Shown here: positions 22,486-37,200 of the stretch, piece by piece
How the letters are laid out: each line of letters begins with the position of its first letter
How positions within the stretch are numbered: the stretch's first letter is position 1
Origin: Nemertoderma westbladi
Lineage: Eukaryota > Animalia > Xenacoelomorpha
Length of the DNA: 64,000 bases
NCBI GenBank assembly: GCA_032718475.1
Contig: JAUCBJ010007164.1
Coordinates: 6,303 to 70,302 of the forward strand
Direction of reading: 5' to 3'
Position numbers and translations under genes: made by a program
The notes under the pieces: generated by a model
Database searches by the model: none
What the model was told of the DNA's origin: nothing
What the model saw: only the letters and a program-made list of their open reading frames with translations

Positions 22486-23685
22486 TGTAAAAGCTTTTGC
22501 GGATATAATCAGTCCCCTTGCCCGCAAAGTACCGTTGTAGGTGTGTTAACGGACATAGAAGTCATTCTTCTATATGTGTGCTTTGGCGGACATGGCAAGG
22601 CACAAAACCCGCAATGCGTCAAATCCTCTAGCACAGTGTAGCCTTGATGATTCAGATTACGACATCTAACAGCTGGTTGCTGGCATGGAAACGGCCGTTG
22701 GACACATGGTTCTTTGTTTAGCTTAACAGCCAATCAGGGCGATTTTTACTGTCGATGTGGAGATATTCTACAGATCGTGCTAGGCGTGTTCAGTCTTACT
22801 GTTTTCTGTGTTATAGTTTTGTTGTTTCTATCTAGGCCAAGAACACCGGCTCTAGAGTCAGTTCGTTTTCAGACTTTAGAAGAAACATTAGTAGGCTTAG
22901 ATTATAGAACGTATAACTGTTATCAACCCAATTATCAGCGCAGTAGCGCAGCGGTACCATCTGATATTGTTATAATCTTAACCTACCGTCTTAATGCTTT
23001 TACTGTTGTTATTATTTGTATCAGTTGGTTGAATATTATTACTTGGAGAACATCGATAAATAACCCAAATTTCCCAATTTTCTTGATACACTACAGGTTA
23101 GAGAGACAGGTTACATATAGCGATTGCGACTTATATTATCGTGGTTTGTAGTGAATTTAATGCTATTTGATAAGCACTACATGAGTCAATTGCTGTTCTC
23201 TTGATGTATGATAAAATTCATTGACGGTCGGCAGATTAGTGTTCAGTATTGTGCGTTACCGGTAGTGTGCATGATTGTGGCTGATAACTAAGCATTTCCT
23301 AAAGAATGCGCCTCATACGTGAATCATAAGCCTTACCGTCTTACCGTTGTGTTTAGTATAAGTCATATCTCTGTTTACCTAGATAGAGCGCCACGTCCTA
23401 AAGGAACTGTTAATATTTCCCGAAAGTGAATAATATTTGTCAGAAATTATTTATTAACGATCAATCGAATAATACAGTAAGCTTACACTGCAATAAAATC
23501 TAAGCCCTCCGAATCCAGTCTCCCGGGTATATCCAGCGGGTGAATGGACGCGCACTAGGCTGGCTTCGGCTAATGTTGTGTTTATTGGTATTAAATACTT
23601 GTCATATGCTAAAGTCTATTTATAAACCAAAAGACATATAAATTTTGGCAGGTTAAACTGCTAAAGGTCTTCAAAAGCGCGTACA
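22486..23685 (+). repeat. 3' LTR of BEL copy 1
   Basis: Matches 5124-6323; followed by TSD GGTCC. Confidence 0.96.
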
Positions 23686-23838
23686 GGTCCTACATTACAA
23701 ATTAGCACCACCCTACAGCAACAACAACAACAAAAAAGAAAGAAAAACTTAGTATAAAGAAAAACCCGTGGAAAAAATAGTTAATTTTTCCCCACCCCAT
23801 TCCATCAACCCATTTTTTCCCGCCTTATCTTAAATGAT

Positions 23839-24376
23839 CCATGTAAGTATCTGTAAGCTCCATGTAAGTATCTGTAAGCTCCATGTAGGTATCTGTAAGC
23901 TCCATGTAAGTATCTGTAAGCTCCATGTAAGTATCTGTAAGCTCCATGTAAGTATCTGTAAGCTCCATGTAAGTATCTGAAAGCTCCATGTAAGTATCTG
24001 TAAGCTCCATGTAAGTATCTGTAAGCTCCATGTAAGTATATGTAAGCTCCATGTAAGTATATTTAAGCTCCATGTAAGTATCTGTAAGCTCCATCTAAGT
24101 ATCTGTAAGCTCCATGTAAGTATCTGTAAGCTCCATGTAAGTATCTGTAAGCTTCATGTAAGTATCTGTAAGCTCCATGTAAGTATCTGTAAGCTCCATG
24201 TATGTATCTGTAAGCTCCATGTAAGTATCTGTAAGCTCCATGTAAGTATCTGTAAGCTCCATGTAAGTATCTGCAAGCTCCATGTAAGTATCTGTAAGCT
24301 CCATGTAAGTATCTGTAAGCTCCATGTAAGTATCTATAAGCTCCATGTAAGTATCTGTAAGCTCCATAAGTATCTG
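23839..24376. repeat. 21-bp minisatellite (CCATGTAAGTATCTGTAAGCT)n
   Basis: About 25 near-identical units read directly. Confidence 0.96.
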
Positions 24377-24389
24377 CCTAACCCTAAGA

Positions 24390-25060
24390 TGAGGTCACGA
24401 CTCTTGCTTGATAACAAACGACGAAATTTATTTATTGAAGGACAGATGACGAATCTGCTATCAAGGAAACGACTACGTATCCCCCTGTACGCGTTACAAA
24501 CGAGAAGAAAATGGAATTCGTCTTCTACAGTACTAGACCACTATCACACATCGGACCGTCGTACCACCGTCCAGTTTCTATCATTAATTCATAGGAGGAA
24601 CAGCGAAACCTAGCTAACAGCCGTCCCAATGAAATATGAGTCCATCCAGATAATACTCGCTTGAGAAATATAGCTGTCCCTTCGAAGAATCACGGATAGA
24701 TCCCCACCAGGTCTGAATAAATTGATCCTGTAACCTTAATTTAATTTCTAGCATATGTAATTGCATTCCCGTTGTCAATACAATTACTCTTGTCATTCCA
24801 TAACCATGAGAACCCCAATGAATTAAGCAGACCCCTGACTGAAGCCGCCCAGCCCAACAACTCACCCGTACCTTCCACCAGTATGTTGTATAACTGTTTT
24901 GGTAACCTAGCCTCAGACATTTTCAAGAGCTTAAACCAGTACCTAATGATCCGTAATTTCCAATCAATCACCAAAGGAAAGTATCCAGTTTCACCATATG
25001 CCGCAATGTTTGGCCAGCGAGAAATCAATAAACGAGAACTTTAGAAAATATTGAATTAAG
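24390..25060 (-). pseudogene. Degenerate 3' fragment of a LINE (CR1/L2-group) ORF2
   Basis: Minus strand reads AAYGETGYFPL..IRYWFKLL..RLPKQLY, GFSWLW, KLRLQDQF and VEDEFHFLLVC, with stops and frameshifts. Confidence 0.75.
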
Positions 25061-25088
25061 ACAAAATAGGCCCTTTCTGCTTCTCAGC

Positions 25089-25212
25089 TACTCACTCACT
25101 CACTCACTCACTCACTCACTCACTCACTCACTCACTCACTCACTCACTCACTCACTCACTCACACTCACTCACTCACTCACTCACTCACTCACTCACTCA
25201 CTCACTCACTCA
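25089..25212. repeat. (ACTC)n microsatellite
   Basis: Read directly. Confidence 0.97.
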
Positions 25213-26587
25213 GCTAGAGTTCTCTGTGCCAAGTTGAATATGCCAGTGAATGAAAAAACAATTCCTAAGTATTCATAATCATTCCGCACATTCATAACCT
25301 ACCCGTTAGGGGGCGTTCATATAACATATACACCTACATACAACCAACGTTCATTTGCTGCCAGACGTCCGAAACACTAGAATATCAGACTTACTCATAT
25401 TAACTTCCAGATTCCTATAATCGGCATCGCTACTTGTATTTTTCGGCGAAATTTGGCAAATTTTGGTGCTAGCACCAAATTTAGTACCCATCACCAAAAA
25501 GTACAAGTTTGCGATGTCCAGTGCTGTTTTCATTGATTCCATCGGATTCAGGATCTTCATAAACCCGTATAAAGCAAGAAACAATATGATACTATCTACT
25601 GATCAATTTGCTTATTTTCCAAAATTTGGTGCTGGCACAACAATTTTCACCCACCGGCGAAAATTACAAGTTTGAAAACTCTTATGAAATTTTTACTGAT
25701 TCCATTGAATTCAGAACCCTGACAAACCCGACGAACCCCTGACGAAACCAGAACCCCCAAAAAACCCCAATTGCGTAAAAAACAAGTTTCAAACAATCAA
25801 TTTACAAAATTGACATACAGTATTTCAAAATTTGGTGCTGGCACCAAAATTTGTCACCCGCCGAAAAAAACAAGTTTGAAATTTCGAAATCAATTTATAT
25901 GAATTCCATCCAATTGCTAACACCAAAAAAACGGTGTAAATCAAAAATAGAGATGTTACAGTTCATATTTAATGAAATGTAATTTTCAAAAATCGTCTCA
26001 AAAAAGAGCCAAAAGTAGGGTTAAAAAATTGGTGGTATAACTCGAAAACTACCCAATATTTTTGAAAACGGTTTTCACTACTAGGAAGACAATAGATTTT
26101 TAGGAAAAGTCATAAAAATTCAGATTCCCAACTGCGTTTGTTTTAGAATTATAATAAAAAAACCACGGGGGGGGTGTCATATTGACCCCCCCCCCCCCGG
26201 GTTTAATAGGGTTAATATTGTTTTGAAAATGTTCAATAATGCTTCCTTGCAACGTTCAGAACTGTTGGTTTGAACTGTTGGTTTGAACTGTGCTTGAACT
26301 AAAAGTGTAGTTCAAATATATAGTTCGAACGAATATTTAACCACTGCTAAATAGCTGTCAATCATTCACTATTAAATGATAATATGGTAAAATGCCCCCC
26401 CCCCCCCCCCGGACAACTGACCACCGCTGCGTTACTACTAGTAACGTACACGGAGTATGCTTATAGAGCATTCCTCCGCCCACTAATGTACTAAGTGAGT
26501 TACCGATACGTAGGACATAGCATGTAAAGTTATGCATATTTTATTATCGTTGTGTCAATATAAATGGAGGATTATAACAACAACATA

Positions 26588-26605
26588 TGGCGCAGTGTGT
26601 AGGAT
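26588..26605 (+). promoter_or_regulatory. Canonical tRNA PBS of the Gypsy element (TGGCGCAGTGTGTAGGAT, probably tRNA-Ser type)
   Basis: TGG start 2 nt after the LTR end; resembles TGGCGCAG-type Ser PBSs; tRNA identity not verified. Confidence 0.7.
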
Positions 26606-26671
26606 CGTCTAAATGCTGAAATGGGACGTGCAGTAAAACCATAGACGATAAATAACATTAATAGGCCAAAG

Positions 26672-27471
26672 ATGCCGCCTCGGAAGAAACCAACCGCCAC
26701 GGATGACGACGATCTACCGACTATATCCGCCGAAATCGAGTCAGCCATCACTAACCAGATTTCCGACACCGAGGCCCGTATGATGGAGTGCCTCGACAAT
26801 ATGTTGCGTTATTTTTCTGCTGATATGACAGAGAAAATGGACGCCTTTATGACGGTGATTAAACCTACGGCGTTACCTTCCGCGACATCACCGCCACCTC
26901 CGCTTACCGGTACCGACGGGCACCGGGACCGGTACCGGTACACCAGTACCGGCTCCACCATTGTCTACCCCACGCCGAAGGGTTCCGGACACATCAGTTT
27001 TTGAAAAAATCGACGGTGATGTCGATTATGTCCGTTTCCGGCGTTGGAGACAACACTGGCGAGTTTTTGCCTTGCGCGAACAACTGGAGTGTTTCGATCG
27101 ATCGGTCCAGGTGTACACTTTAGTGACAGCTCTCAGTTCACAGTTACAGGACCTTATTAGAGTGTCACTGCGCATTGATGTCGATGACATTACGATATCA
27201 ACTGAGGTAATTCTCGACAGACTCCTACAGCATCTACGCAACAAGCGATCAGTTGCTGTAGACGCAATACGTTTCCGTGAACGGAAACAGCAACCACGGG
27301 AAACATTTGATTCCTTCCGGGTTGCGTTGGACGATCTTGCTGACAACGCGGAGATATGTGGGCATTGCCGTGAAACCCAGATGGTTACTCAGATTCTGGT
27401 CGGCCTCCGTCATCCCGAAACTCGCTCCAAGTTGCTGAAGATTCTCCCAGCACCCGGCCTGGACGATTGCG
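26672..27471 (+). pseudogene. gag: Gypsy gag, 5' part (frameshifted), interrupted at 27471
   Basis: FRRWRQHW, RFRERKQQPRETFDSF, CGHCRETQMVTQILVGL; continues as VRICQAME at 37309. Confidence 0.85.
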
Positions 27472-28557
27472 CAATAGTATCTACATCATTGTCCAGAATA
27501 GGGTGTTTCCCTTCACTTCTATGGGGCTTTCTATTATTCCTACCTGTCCCAAATACGTTGTCTAATGATTTCCAACCTGTCCAATATAGGGGCATCCAAT
27601 CAAATCATCATATGAGCCAACTCCTCTTCATCGGACCAATACCAACATTCCTAAAGTTATGCATCCTGCTTATTGGCTATATAATGTAAAGGTTAATGGA
27701 AAATTCCACTGATATATAATCCAAGTGTCAACTACGAATCCAGGGCTCATTATAACAACCTATACTGGACAGAGCAACGTATTTGGGACAAGAGCTGGTT
27801 GAGGTATATGTACAGTGGAAATTCCCATTCTAAATAAGGGCATTTGGAATACTTGTTCCCTAGTTATGGTTAAAGATATACTGTGGGTGCCTTGCAAATG
27901 GCCTGTAAGACTGTGATGCATTATAGGCTATAGTGTCACCATAGTCACGTTATTTAATTTCATGTTGTACAATTTATTCATATTGTGCAATTTATCATGT
28001 TGTGCAATTTATTCATTATGCAATTTATTCATTGTGCAATTTATTCATGTGGTGCAATTTATTCACTTATAATAAATCTAAATACATTCGTATATTAATA
28101 ATTAAATGACAATCAAATTAGTGATATCGCAACCTCCTCCCCCGGACTCAACTTCATCCCAAATAGTCCTTAATAAGTCTTAAATTTGAATCAAATAGGT
28201 TGTGAGTGTCCCATATAGGGTGTTTGTGTCCCATATAGGTTGATTTTGTCCAAAATAGCCTGTAGCTTTATCAAAATTATTTCAAATAGTTTTTAAATGT
28301 AAAGGAATACTGAAAAGAATATTGACTTCATAATCATAGCTTTAATTCCAATTTGTCCCAAATAGGTTGTTTATGTCCCATATAGGGTGTTTGTGTCCCA
28401 CACAGGGTGTTTTTATACCAAATAGCATGTAACTTTCTCAAAATGATTTTACATAGTTTATAAATATGATGGAAATACTCAAAAGAAAATAGAATCCACT
28501 ATCATACATAGCTTTAATTTAAATTTGTCCCAAATAGGTTGTTTGTGTCCCATATAG

Positions 28558-31271
28558 CGTCACCTTCAAGGCAGAACCCCCTAAGTCGATTTTTTTCGAT
28601 TTTCATGTTTTTGACTTTTTGGGTAATTCGATATCGGCTTTTTCGTCTGGCAGAACCCCGAAGCTTTTCTACCAGCCATTTTTGAGTTATAAGCCAAAGA
28701 CAGTTCCCCGTAACTTATGCCCACTTCGAGGCAGAACCCCCCAAGTCTATAATTGGCTTGCAAAACACCGTAAATTCAAGTATATGAAATTCAGTCCACC
28801 TGGCAAAACCCCTTAAATTAGAAATAACATCATGTAAAACCCCGTAAATCAGAAACAATAGCCTGGCAAAACCCCGTAATTTATCATTTATACTGGTTTG
28901 TATTGCGGCCAGGACACAAATATTAATGAGGGACACAAACATTATTGACCCCCCCCCACCCACACCCCGGCTGGTATACCCCCATATTTTCAATTTACCT
29001 CCTACCACCACCATTCATTTTACCCCCCCCCCCCCCCCCCTCCCCGATTCCTATCTCCCCCTCATGTTCATCATTTTTTTACTCCTACTCCTTCCCTTTT
29101 TACTAACAACATCGTTTATTGTTTTGGTTAGAAAAAACATCTCTGTAACCTGATCCTTTCCTTCAATTGGCAATAACATAGTTTATTGGTTTGGTCAGAT
29201 TAATATGTTATTATTTATTGTTGTTATTTTATTGCTTGACAGTAATGAGAATTGTAATACTGTAATATATTGTATGTATATGGGTGGTAACATGAATCAT
29301 ACTAAGTGCGAAGGGCGATAGTGCCCATGATTAATGTTTGTGCCCTTGATTGATATCTGTCCCTCGTTTATTGTTTGTGTCCCTCATTAATGTTTGTGTA
29401 TTTCATTAATGTTTGTGTCCCTCATTAATGTTTGTGTCCCTCATTAATGTTTGTGACCCTCATTAATGTTTGTGTCCCTCATTAATGTTTGTGCCCCTCA
29501 TTAATGTTTGTGTCCCTCATTAATGTTTGTGTCCCTCATTAATGTTTGTGTACCTCATTAATGTTTGTGTCCCTCATTAATGTTTGTGTACCTCATTAAT
29601 GTTTGCGTCCCTCATTAATGTTTGTGTCCCTCATTAATGTTTGTATCCCTCATTAATGTTTGTGGCCTTGATTGATATCTGTCCCTCGTTTATTGTTTGT
29701 GTCCCTCATTAATGTTTGTGTCCCTCATTAATGTTTGTGTACCTCATTAAATTTTGCGTCCCTCATTAATGTTTGTGTCCCTCATTAATGTTTGTATCCC
29801 TCATTAATGTTTGTGCCCTTGATTGATATCTGTCCCTCGTTTATTGTTTGTGTCCCTCATTAATGTTTGTGTCGCTCATTAATGTTTGTGTCCCTCATTA
29901 ATATTTGTGTACCTCATTAATGTTAGTGTCCCTCAATTAATGTTTGTGTCCCTCATTAATGTTGTATCCCTCATTAATGTTTGTGTCCCTCATTAATATT
30001 TGTGTCCCTCATTAATGTTTGTGTCCCTCATTAATGTTTGTGTCCTACATCAATGTTTATGTCCCACATTAATGTTTGTCACCCTGATTAATGTTTGTCC
30101 CACATTAATGTTTGTGGCGCTGATAAATATCTATCCCTCATTTAATGTTTGTGGCGCTGATAAATATCTATCCCTCATTTTGTTTTTGTCCAAGTTGCTA
30201 TAAGTTACTCTAGGTTGCCGGACGTTTTGGACAATTTGGTCAGCAACTAGCAACTTAATTTGAGCAACATTAACTTTTAGTCTCCGTTATATGAGGCATC
30301 TTTAACAGCAACAAAGTTCGCGTTTACATAGAGCAACTTGATCGGCAACCTGAAATGCTTACTAAGTTGCTGATAGAGTTGCTCAGAATGTTGCCACGTA
30401 CTGTAGAAAAAACAGGTCTTTAATTATTCGTCATGACGTAATGTAAGTGAACTTTACTTTAACGTAGCTGTAACCCTGTAGCTAGACTTTGTTCTTACTG
30501 TAGAGTACCACCCATGGCTATATTTTGTACTTAGAGTTCCGCTTTCTTGAATCTAAATTTTCTTCTTATAGTTCTGCATTTGGCTACATTTTGTTCAATT
30601 TGTATTGATACATGATTCTAACTACAGTCCCGTACTTATTTTAGAAGCAATTAATACCAAAATATCAAAAACTTATGGAGCCCTTTAGAATTTTGAATTC
30701 AACAATTTCCAACATGTGCGTGTATGTTAGCTATATTGTATGTGATTATTTGTTATTATTGCGTTTACAGGTAATACTAACACCTGATCATGTGCTAGTT
30801 AACATGTTAGATAGCACGTATTAGCTAATAACAAATGCGCACATGTATTACGTGCGCACTACGCACTAAATAATTAAGGACGTACGATACGCCTTGGCTA
30901 TTATTTGATATATTTTGCGTGTTTTTTGTAAAAATTCGGACTTATGGTGTTTTACCAAATTGAGGATACCTTGTTTTCTAGGCAATACCCCGCAACTATC
31001 GTATAGTTACGGGATAATACCAGAAAATGGTGTTCCCCCTTGTTTTGGCAAAACACCATAAGTCCGAATTTTTACATAAAAACCGCAATATATTTCAAAG
31101 GTTATTCTAAATCAAATTGAAAGTTTAGTTATATGAATTCTATATATATTTAGTTATCAAAAAACACAATAACAAGTAAACTGAGGCATCTCTTTAAAAA
31201 ATAAACAGTTTTTATCGATTATCTCAGAACTACAAAAATCGACTTAGGGGGTTCTGCCTTGAAGGTGACGA
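28558..31271. mobile_element. Non-autonomous TIR element nested in the foldback array
   Basis: 37-bp TIR CGTCACCTTCAAGGCAGAACCCCCTAAGTCGATTTTT at both ends; splits a CCCATATAG|GGTGTTT unit, possible AG duplication. Confidence 0.8.
29330..30170. repeat. 19-bp minisatellite (CTCATTAATGTTTGTGTCC)n
   Basis: Read directly; inverted copies at ~28911-28945. Confidence 0.93.
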
Positions 31272-34200
31272 AGGGTGTTTGTGTCCCAAATTGCGTGTGA
31301 CTTTCTCAAAATGATTTTACATAGTTTATAAATATAATGGAATAGTTAAAAGCAAATAGAATTCACTATCATAGCTTTAATTTAAATTTGTCCCAAATAG
31401 GATGTTTTTGTCCCATATAGGGTGTTTGTGTCCCGTATAGAGTGTGAATTGCTTATAATAATTTCAAATATTTTCTAAATGTAATGGAATACTCAAAAGA
31501 ATATAGAATTCACTACCATAGCTTCAATTTCAATTTGTCCCGAATAGGTTGTTCATGTCCCATATAGGGTGTTTGTGTCCCATATAGGGTGTTTGTGTCC
31601 CAAATTGCGTGTGACTTTCGCAAATGACTTTACATAGTTTATAAATATAATGGAATACTCAAAAGAAAATAGAATTCACTATCATAGCTTTAATTTAAAT
31701 TTGTCCCAAATAGGTTGTTTTTGTCCCATATAGGGTGTTTGTGTGCCAAATAGCGTGTGACTTTCTCAAAATGATTTTACATAGTTTATAAATATAATGG
31801 AATACTTAAAAGAAAATATAATTCACTATCATTTTTTCCTTTAATTTAAATTTGTCCCAAATAAGTTGTTTGTGTCCTGTATAGGATGTTTCTGTCCTGA
31901 ATAGGGGAATACAGCTTGCCAACACATTGTTGCTGAATAGGGTGTACATTTCTTATAATGATTTTAAATAGTTTCTAAATGTAATGGAATACTCAAAAGA
32001 ATATAGAATTCACTATCAGAGCGTTAATTTAAATTTGTTCCAAATATGTTGTTTGTGTCCCAAATTAGGTGTTTGTGTCCCATATAGGGTGTTTTTGTCC
32101 CATATAGCGTGTGACTGTCTCAAAATGATTTTAAATAGTTTCTAAATCTCATGGAATCATCAAAAGAATATAGAATTCACTACCATAGCTTTAATTTCAA
32201 TTTGTCCCAAATAGGTTGTTTTTGTCCCATATAGGAGGGTGTTTGTGTCCCGTATAAGGTGTGTTTTGCTTATAATGATTTCCAATAGTTTCTAAATGTA
32301 GGGGAATACTCAAAAGAATAGCGAATTCACTACCATAGCTTTAATTTCAATTTGTCCCAAATAGGTTGTTTTTGTCCCATATAGGAGGGTGTTTGTGTCC
32401 CGTATAAGGTGTGTTTTGCTTATAATGATTTCCAATAGTTTCTAAATGTAGGGGAATACTCAAAAGAATAGCGAATTCACTACCATAGCTTTAATTTCAA
32501 TTTGTCCCAAATAGGTTGTTTTTGGCCCATATAGGGTGTTTATGTCCCGTATAAGGTGTTTGTATCCCAAATAGCGTGTGACTTTCTCAAAATGATTTTA
32601 AATAGTTTCTAAATCTCATGGAATCCTCAAAAGAATATAGAATTCACTACCATAGATTTAATTTGAATTTGTCCCAAATAGGTTGTTTTTGTCCCATATA
32701 GGGTGTTTGTGTCCCGTATAGGGTGTGTATTGCTTATAATAATTTCAAGTAGTTTCTAAATGTAATGGAATAATAAAAAGAATATAGAATTCACTATCAT
32801 AGCTTTAATTTCAATTTGTCCCAAATAGGTTGTTTTTGTCCCATATAGGGTGTTTGTGTCCCGTATAGGGTGTGAATTGCTTATAATGATTTCAAATATT
32901 TTCTAAATGTAATGGAATACTCAAAAGAATATAGAATTCACTATCATAGCTTTAATTTAAATTTGTCCCAAATAGGTTGTTTATGTCCCATATAGGGTGT
33001 TTGTCTCCCATATAGGGTGTTTGTGTCCCAAATTGCGTGTGACTTTCTCAAAATGATTTTACATAGTTTATAAATATAATGGAATACTCAAAAGAAAATA
33101 GAATTCACTATCATAGTTTTAATTTCAATTTGTCCCAAATAGGTTGTTTTTGTCCCATATAGGGTGTTTGTGTGCCAAATAGCGTGTGACTTTCTCAAAA
33201 TGATTTTACATAGTTTATAAATATAATGGAATACTTAAAAGAAAATATAATTCACTATCATTTTTTCTTTAATTTAAATTTGCCCCAAATAGGTTGTTTG
33301 TGTCCTGTATAGGGTGTTTCTGTCCTGAATAGGGGAATACAGCTTGCCAAACACATTGTTGCTGAATAGGGTGTACATTTCTTATAATGATTTTAAATAT
33401 TTTCTAAATGTAATGGAATACTCAAAAGAAAATAGAATTCACCATCAAAGCTTTAATTTCAATTTGTCCCAAATAGGTTGTTTTTGTCCCATATAGGGTG
33501 TTTGTGTGCCAAATAGCGTGTGACTTTCTCAAAATGATTTTACATAGTTTATAAATATAATGGAATACTTAAAAGAAAATATAATTCACTATCATTTTTT
33601 CTTTAATTTAAATTTGCCCCAAATAGGTTGTTTGTGTCCTGTATAGGGTGTTTCTGTCCTGAATAGGGGAATACAGCTTGCCAAACACATTGTTGCTGAA
33701 TAGGGTGTACATTTCTTATAATGATTTTAAATAGTTTCTAAATGTAATGGAATACTCAAAAGAAAATATAATTCACTATCATAGCTTTAATTTAAATTTG
33801 TCACAAATAGGTTGTTTATGTCCCATATAGGGTGTTTGTGTCCCAAATGGCGTGTGACTTTCTCAAAATGATTTTACATAGTTTATAAAGAAAAGATATT
33901 TTTTTTATTATTCCATTATATTTATAAACTATGTAAAATCATTTTGAGAAAGTCATACGCTATTTGGGACACAAACACCCTATATGGGACACAAACACCC
34001 TATATGGGACATAAACAACCTATTTGGGACAAATTTAAATTAAAGCAATGATAGTGAATTCTATATTCTTTTGAGTATTCCATTACATTTCGAAACTATT
34101 TGAAATCATTATAGGCACTTCACACCCTATACCGGACACAAATACCCTATATGGGACACAAACAACCTATTTGGGACAAATTTAAATTAAAGCTATGATA

Positions 34201-37200
34201 GTGGATTCTATATTCTTTTGAGTATTCCACTACATTTCGAAACTATTTGAAATCTATTATAAGCACTTCACACCCTTTACGGGACACAAACACCCTATAT
34301 GGGACACAAACAACCTATTTGGGACAAATTTAAATTAAAGCTATGATAGTGGATTCTATATTCTTTTGAGTATTCCACTACATTTCGAAACTATTTGAAA
34401 TCTATTATAAGCACTTCACACCCTTTACGGGACACAAACACCCTATATGGGACAAAAACAACCTATTTGGGACAAATTGAAATTAAAGCTATGGTAGTGA
34501 ATTCTATATTCTTTTGAGTATTCCATGAGATTTAGAAACTAATTAAAATCACTTTGAGAAAGTAACACGCTATTTGGGTCACAAACACCCTATATGGGAC
34601 ACAAACAACCTATTTGGGACAAATTTAAATGAAAGCTATGATAGTGAATTCTCTTTTCTTTTAAGTATTCCATTACATTTCGAAACTATTTGGAATCATT
34701 ATAAGCACTTCACACCCTATACCGGACATAAACACCCTATATGGGACACAAACAACCTATTTGGGACAAATTTAAATTAAAGCTATGATAGTGGATTCTA
34801 TTTTCTTTTGAGTATTTCCATTATATTTATAAACTATGTAAAATCATTTTGAGAAAGTCATACGCTATTTGGCACAAAAACACCCTATATGGGACAAAAA
34901 CAACCTATTTGGGACAAATTTAAATTATAGCTATGATACTGAATTATATTTTCTTTTGAGTATTCCATTATATTTATAAATTATGTAAAATCATTTTGAG
35001 AAAGTCACACGCTATTTGAGACTCAAATACCCTATATGGGACACAAACACCCTATATGGGACATAAACAACCTATTTGGGACAAATTTAAATTAAAGCAA
35101 TGATAGTGAATTCTATATTCTTTTGAGTATTCCATTACATTTCGAAACTATTTGAAATCATTATAAGCAATTCACACCCTTTACGGGACACAAACACCCT
35201 ATATGGGACACAAACAACCTATTTGGGACAAATTTAAATTAAAGCAATGATAGTGAATTCTATATTCTTTTGAGTATTCCATTACATTTCGAAACTATTT
35301 GAAATCATTATAGGCACTTCACACCCTATACCGGACACAAACACCCTATATGGGACACAAACAACCTATTTGGGACAAATTTAAATTAAAGCTATGATAG
35401 TGGATTCTATATTCTTTTGAGTATTCCACTACATTACGAAACTATTTGAAATCTATTATAAGCACTTCACACCCTTTACGGGACACAAACACCCTATATG
35501 GGACAAAAACAACCAATTTGGGTCAAATTGAAATTAAAGCTATGGTAGTGAATTCTATATTCTTTTGAGTATTCCATGAGATTTAGAAACTAATTAAAAT
35601 CACTTTGAGAAAGTAACACGCTATTTGGGACACAAACACCCTATATGGGACACAAACAACCTATTTGGGACAAATTTAAATGAAAGCTATGATAGTGAAT
35701 TCTCTTTTCTTTTAAGTATTCCATTACATTTCGAAACTATATGGAATCATTACAAGCACTTCACACCCTATACCGGACATAAACACCCTATATGGGACAC
35801 AAACAACCTATTTGGGACAAATTTAAATTAAAGCTATGATAGTGGATTCTATTTTCTTTTGAGTATTTCCATTATATTTATAAACTATGTAAAATCATTT
35901 TGAGAAAGTCATACGCTATTTGGCACAAAAACACCCTATATGGGACAAAAACAACCTATTTGGGACAAATTTAAATTATAGCTATGATACTGAATTATAT
36001 TTTCTTTTGAGTATTCCATTATATTTATAAACTATGTAAAATCATTTGGAGAAAGTCACACGCTATTTGAGACTCAAATACCCTATATGGGACACAAACA
36101 CCCTATATGGGACATAAACAACCTATTTGGGACAAATTTAAATTAAAGCTATGATAGTGAATTCTATATTCTTTTGAGTATTCCATTACATTTAGAAAAT
36201 ATTTGAAATCATTATACGCAATTCACACCCTATACGGGACACAAACACCCTATATGGGACAAAAGCAACCTATTTGGGACAAATTGAAATTAAAGCTATG
36301 GTATTAAATTATATATTCTTTTGAGTATTCTATGAGATTTAGAAACTATTTAAAATCATTTGGAGAAAGTGACACGCTATTTGGGACACAAACACCCTAT
36401 ATGGGACACAAACACCCTATATGGGACACAAGCAACCTACCGGTATTTGGACAAATTTAAATGAAAGCTATGATAGTGAATTCTATATTCTTTTGGGTAT
36501 TCCATTACATTTCGAAACTATTCGAAATCATTATAAGCACTTCACACCCTATACGGGACACAACACCCTATATGGGACACAAACAACCTATTTGAGTCAA
36601 ATTTAAGACTTATTAAGGACTATTTGGGATGAAGTTGAGTCTGGGGGAGGAGGTTGCGATATCACTAATTTGATTGTCATTTAATTATTATTATACGAAT
36701 GTATTTAGATTTATTATATGTGAATAAATTGCACCACATGAATAAATTGCACAATGAATGAATTTGCACAACATGAATAAATTGCACAATATGAATAAAT
36801 TGCACAACATGAAATGAAATAACGTGACTATGGTGACACTATAGCCTATAATGCATCACAGTCTTACAGGCCATTTGCAAGGCACCCACAGTATATCTTT
36901 AACCATAACTAGGGAACATGTATTCCAAATGCCCTTATTTAGAATGGGAATTTCCACTGTACATATACCTCAACCAGCTCTTGTCCCAAATACGTTGCTC
37001 TGTCCAGTATAGGTTGTTATAATGAGCCCCGGATTCGTAGCTGACACTTGGATTATATATCAGTGGAATTTTCCATTAACCTTTACATTATATAGCCAAT
37101 AAGGGAGATGCCTAACTTTAGGAATGTTGGTATTGGTTCGATGACGAGGAGTTGGCTCATATGATGATTTCATTGGATGCCCCTATATTGGACAGGTTGG

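Larger units (their letters stand above)
5124..23685 (+). mobile_element. Full-length BEL/Pao LTR retrotransposon (copy 1, 18.6 kb)
   Basis: TG...CA LTRs at 5124-6323 and 22486-23685; 5-bp TSD GGTCC (5119-5123, 23686-23690); internal gag-PR-RT-RH-IN order. Confidence 0.96.
28185..36600. repeat. ~125-150-bp tandem units (TTTGTCCCAAATAGGTTGTTT..TCCCATATAGGGTGTTTGTGTCCC core) that switch orientation at ~33900
   Basis: Forward units up to ~33890; reverse-complement units (GGGACACAAACACCCTATATGGGAC) from ~33910. Confidence 0.92.

Noticed and set aside
23825-24367. MELTDTY-repeat ORFs
   Set aside because: Artefact of the 21-bp minisatellite
25380-26216. Possible piggyBac-like or other DNA transposon end (..ATAGGGTTAA with a G/C-run hairpin)
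   Set aside because: No matching opposite terminus or transposase found in the window
28185-36600. Repeat arrays as CRISPR-like
   Set aside because: The intervening sequences are themselves repeated, there are no unique spacers or cas genes, and the context is eukaryotic
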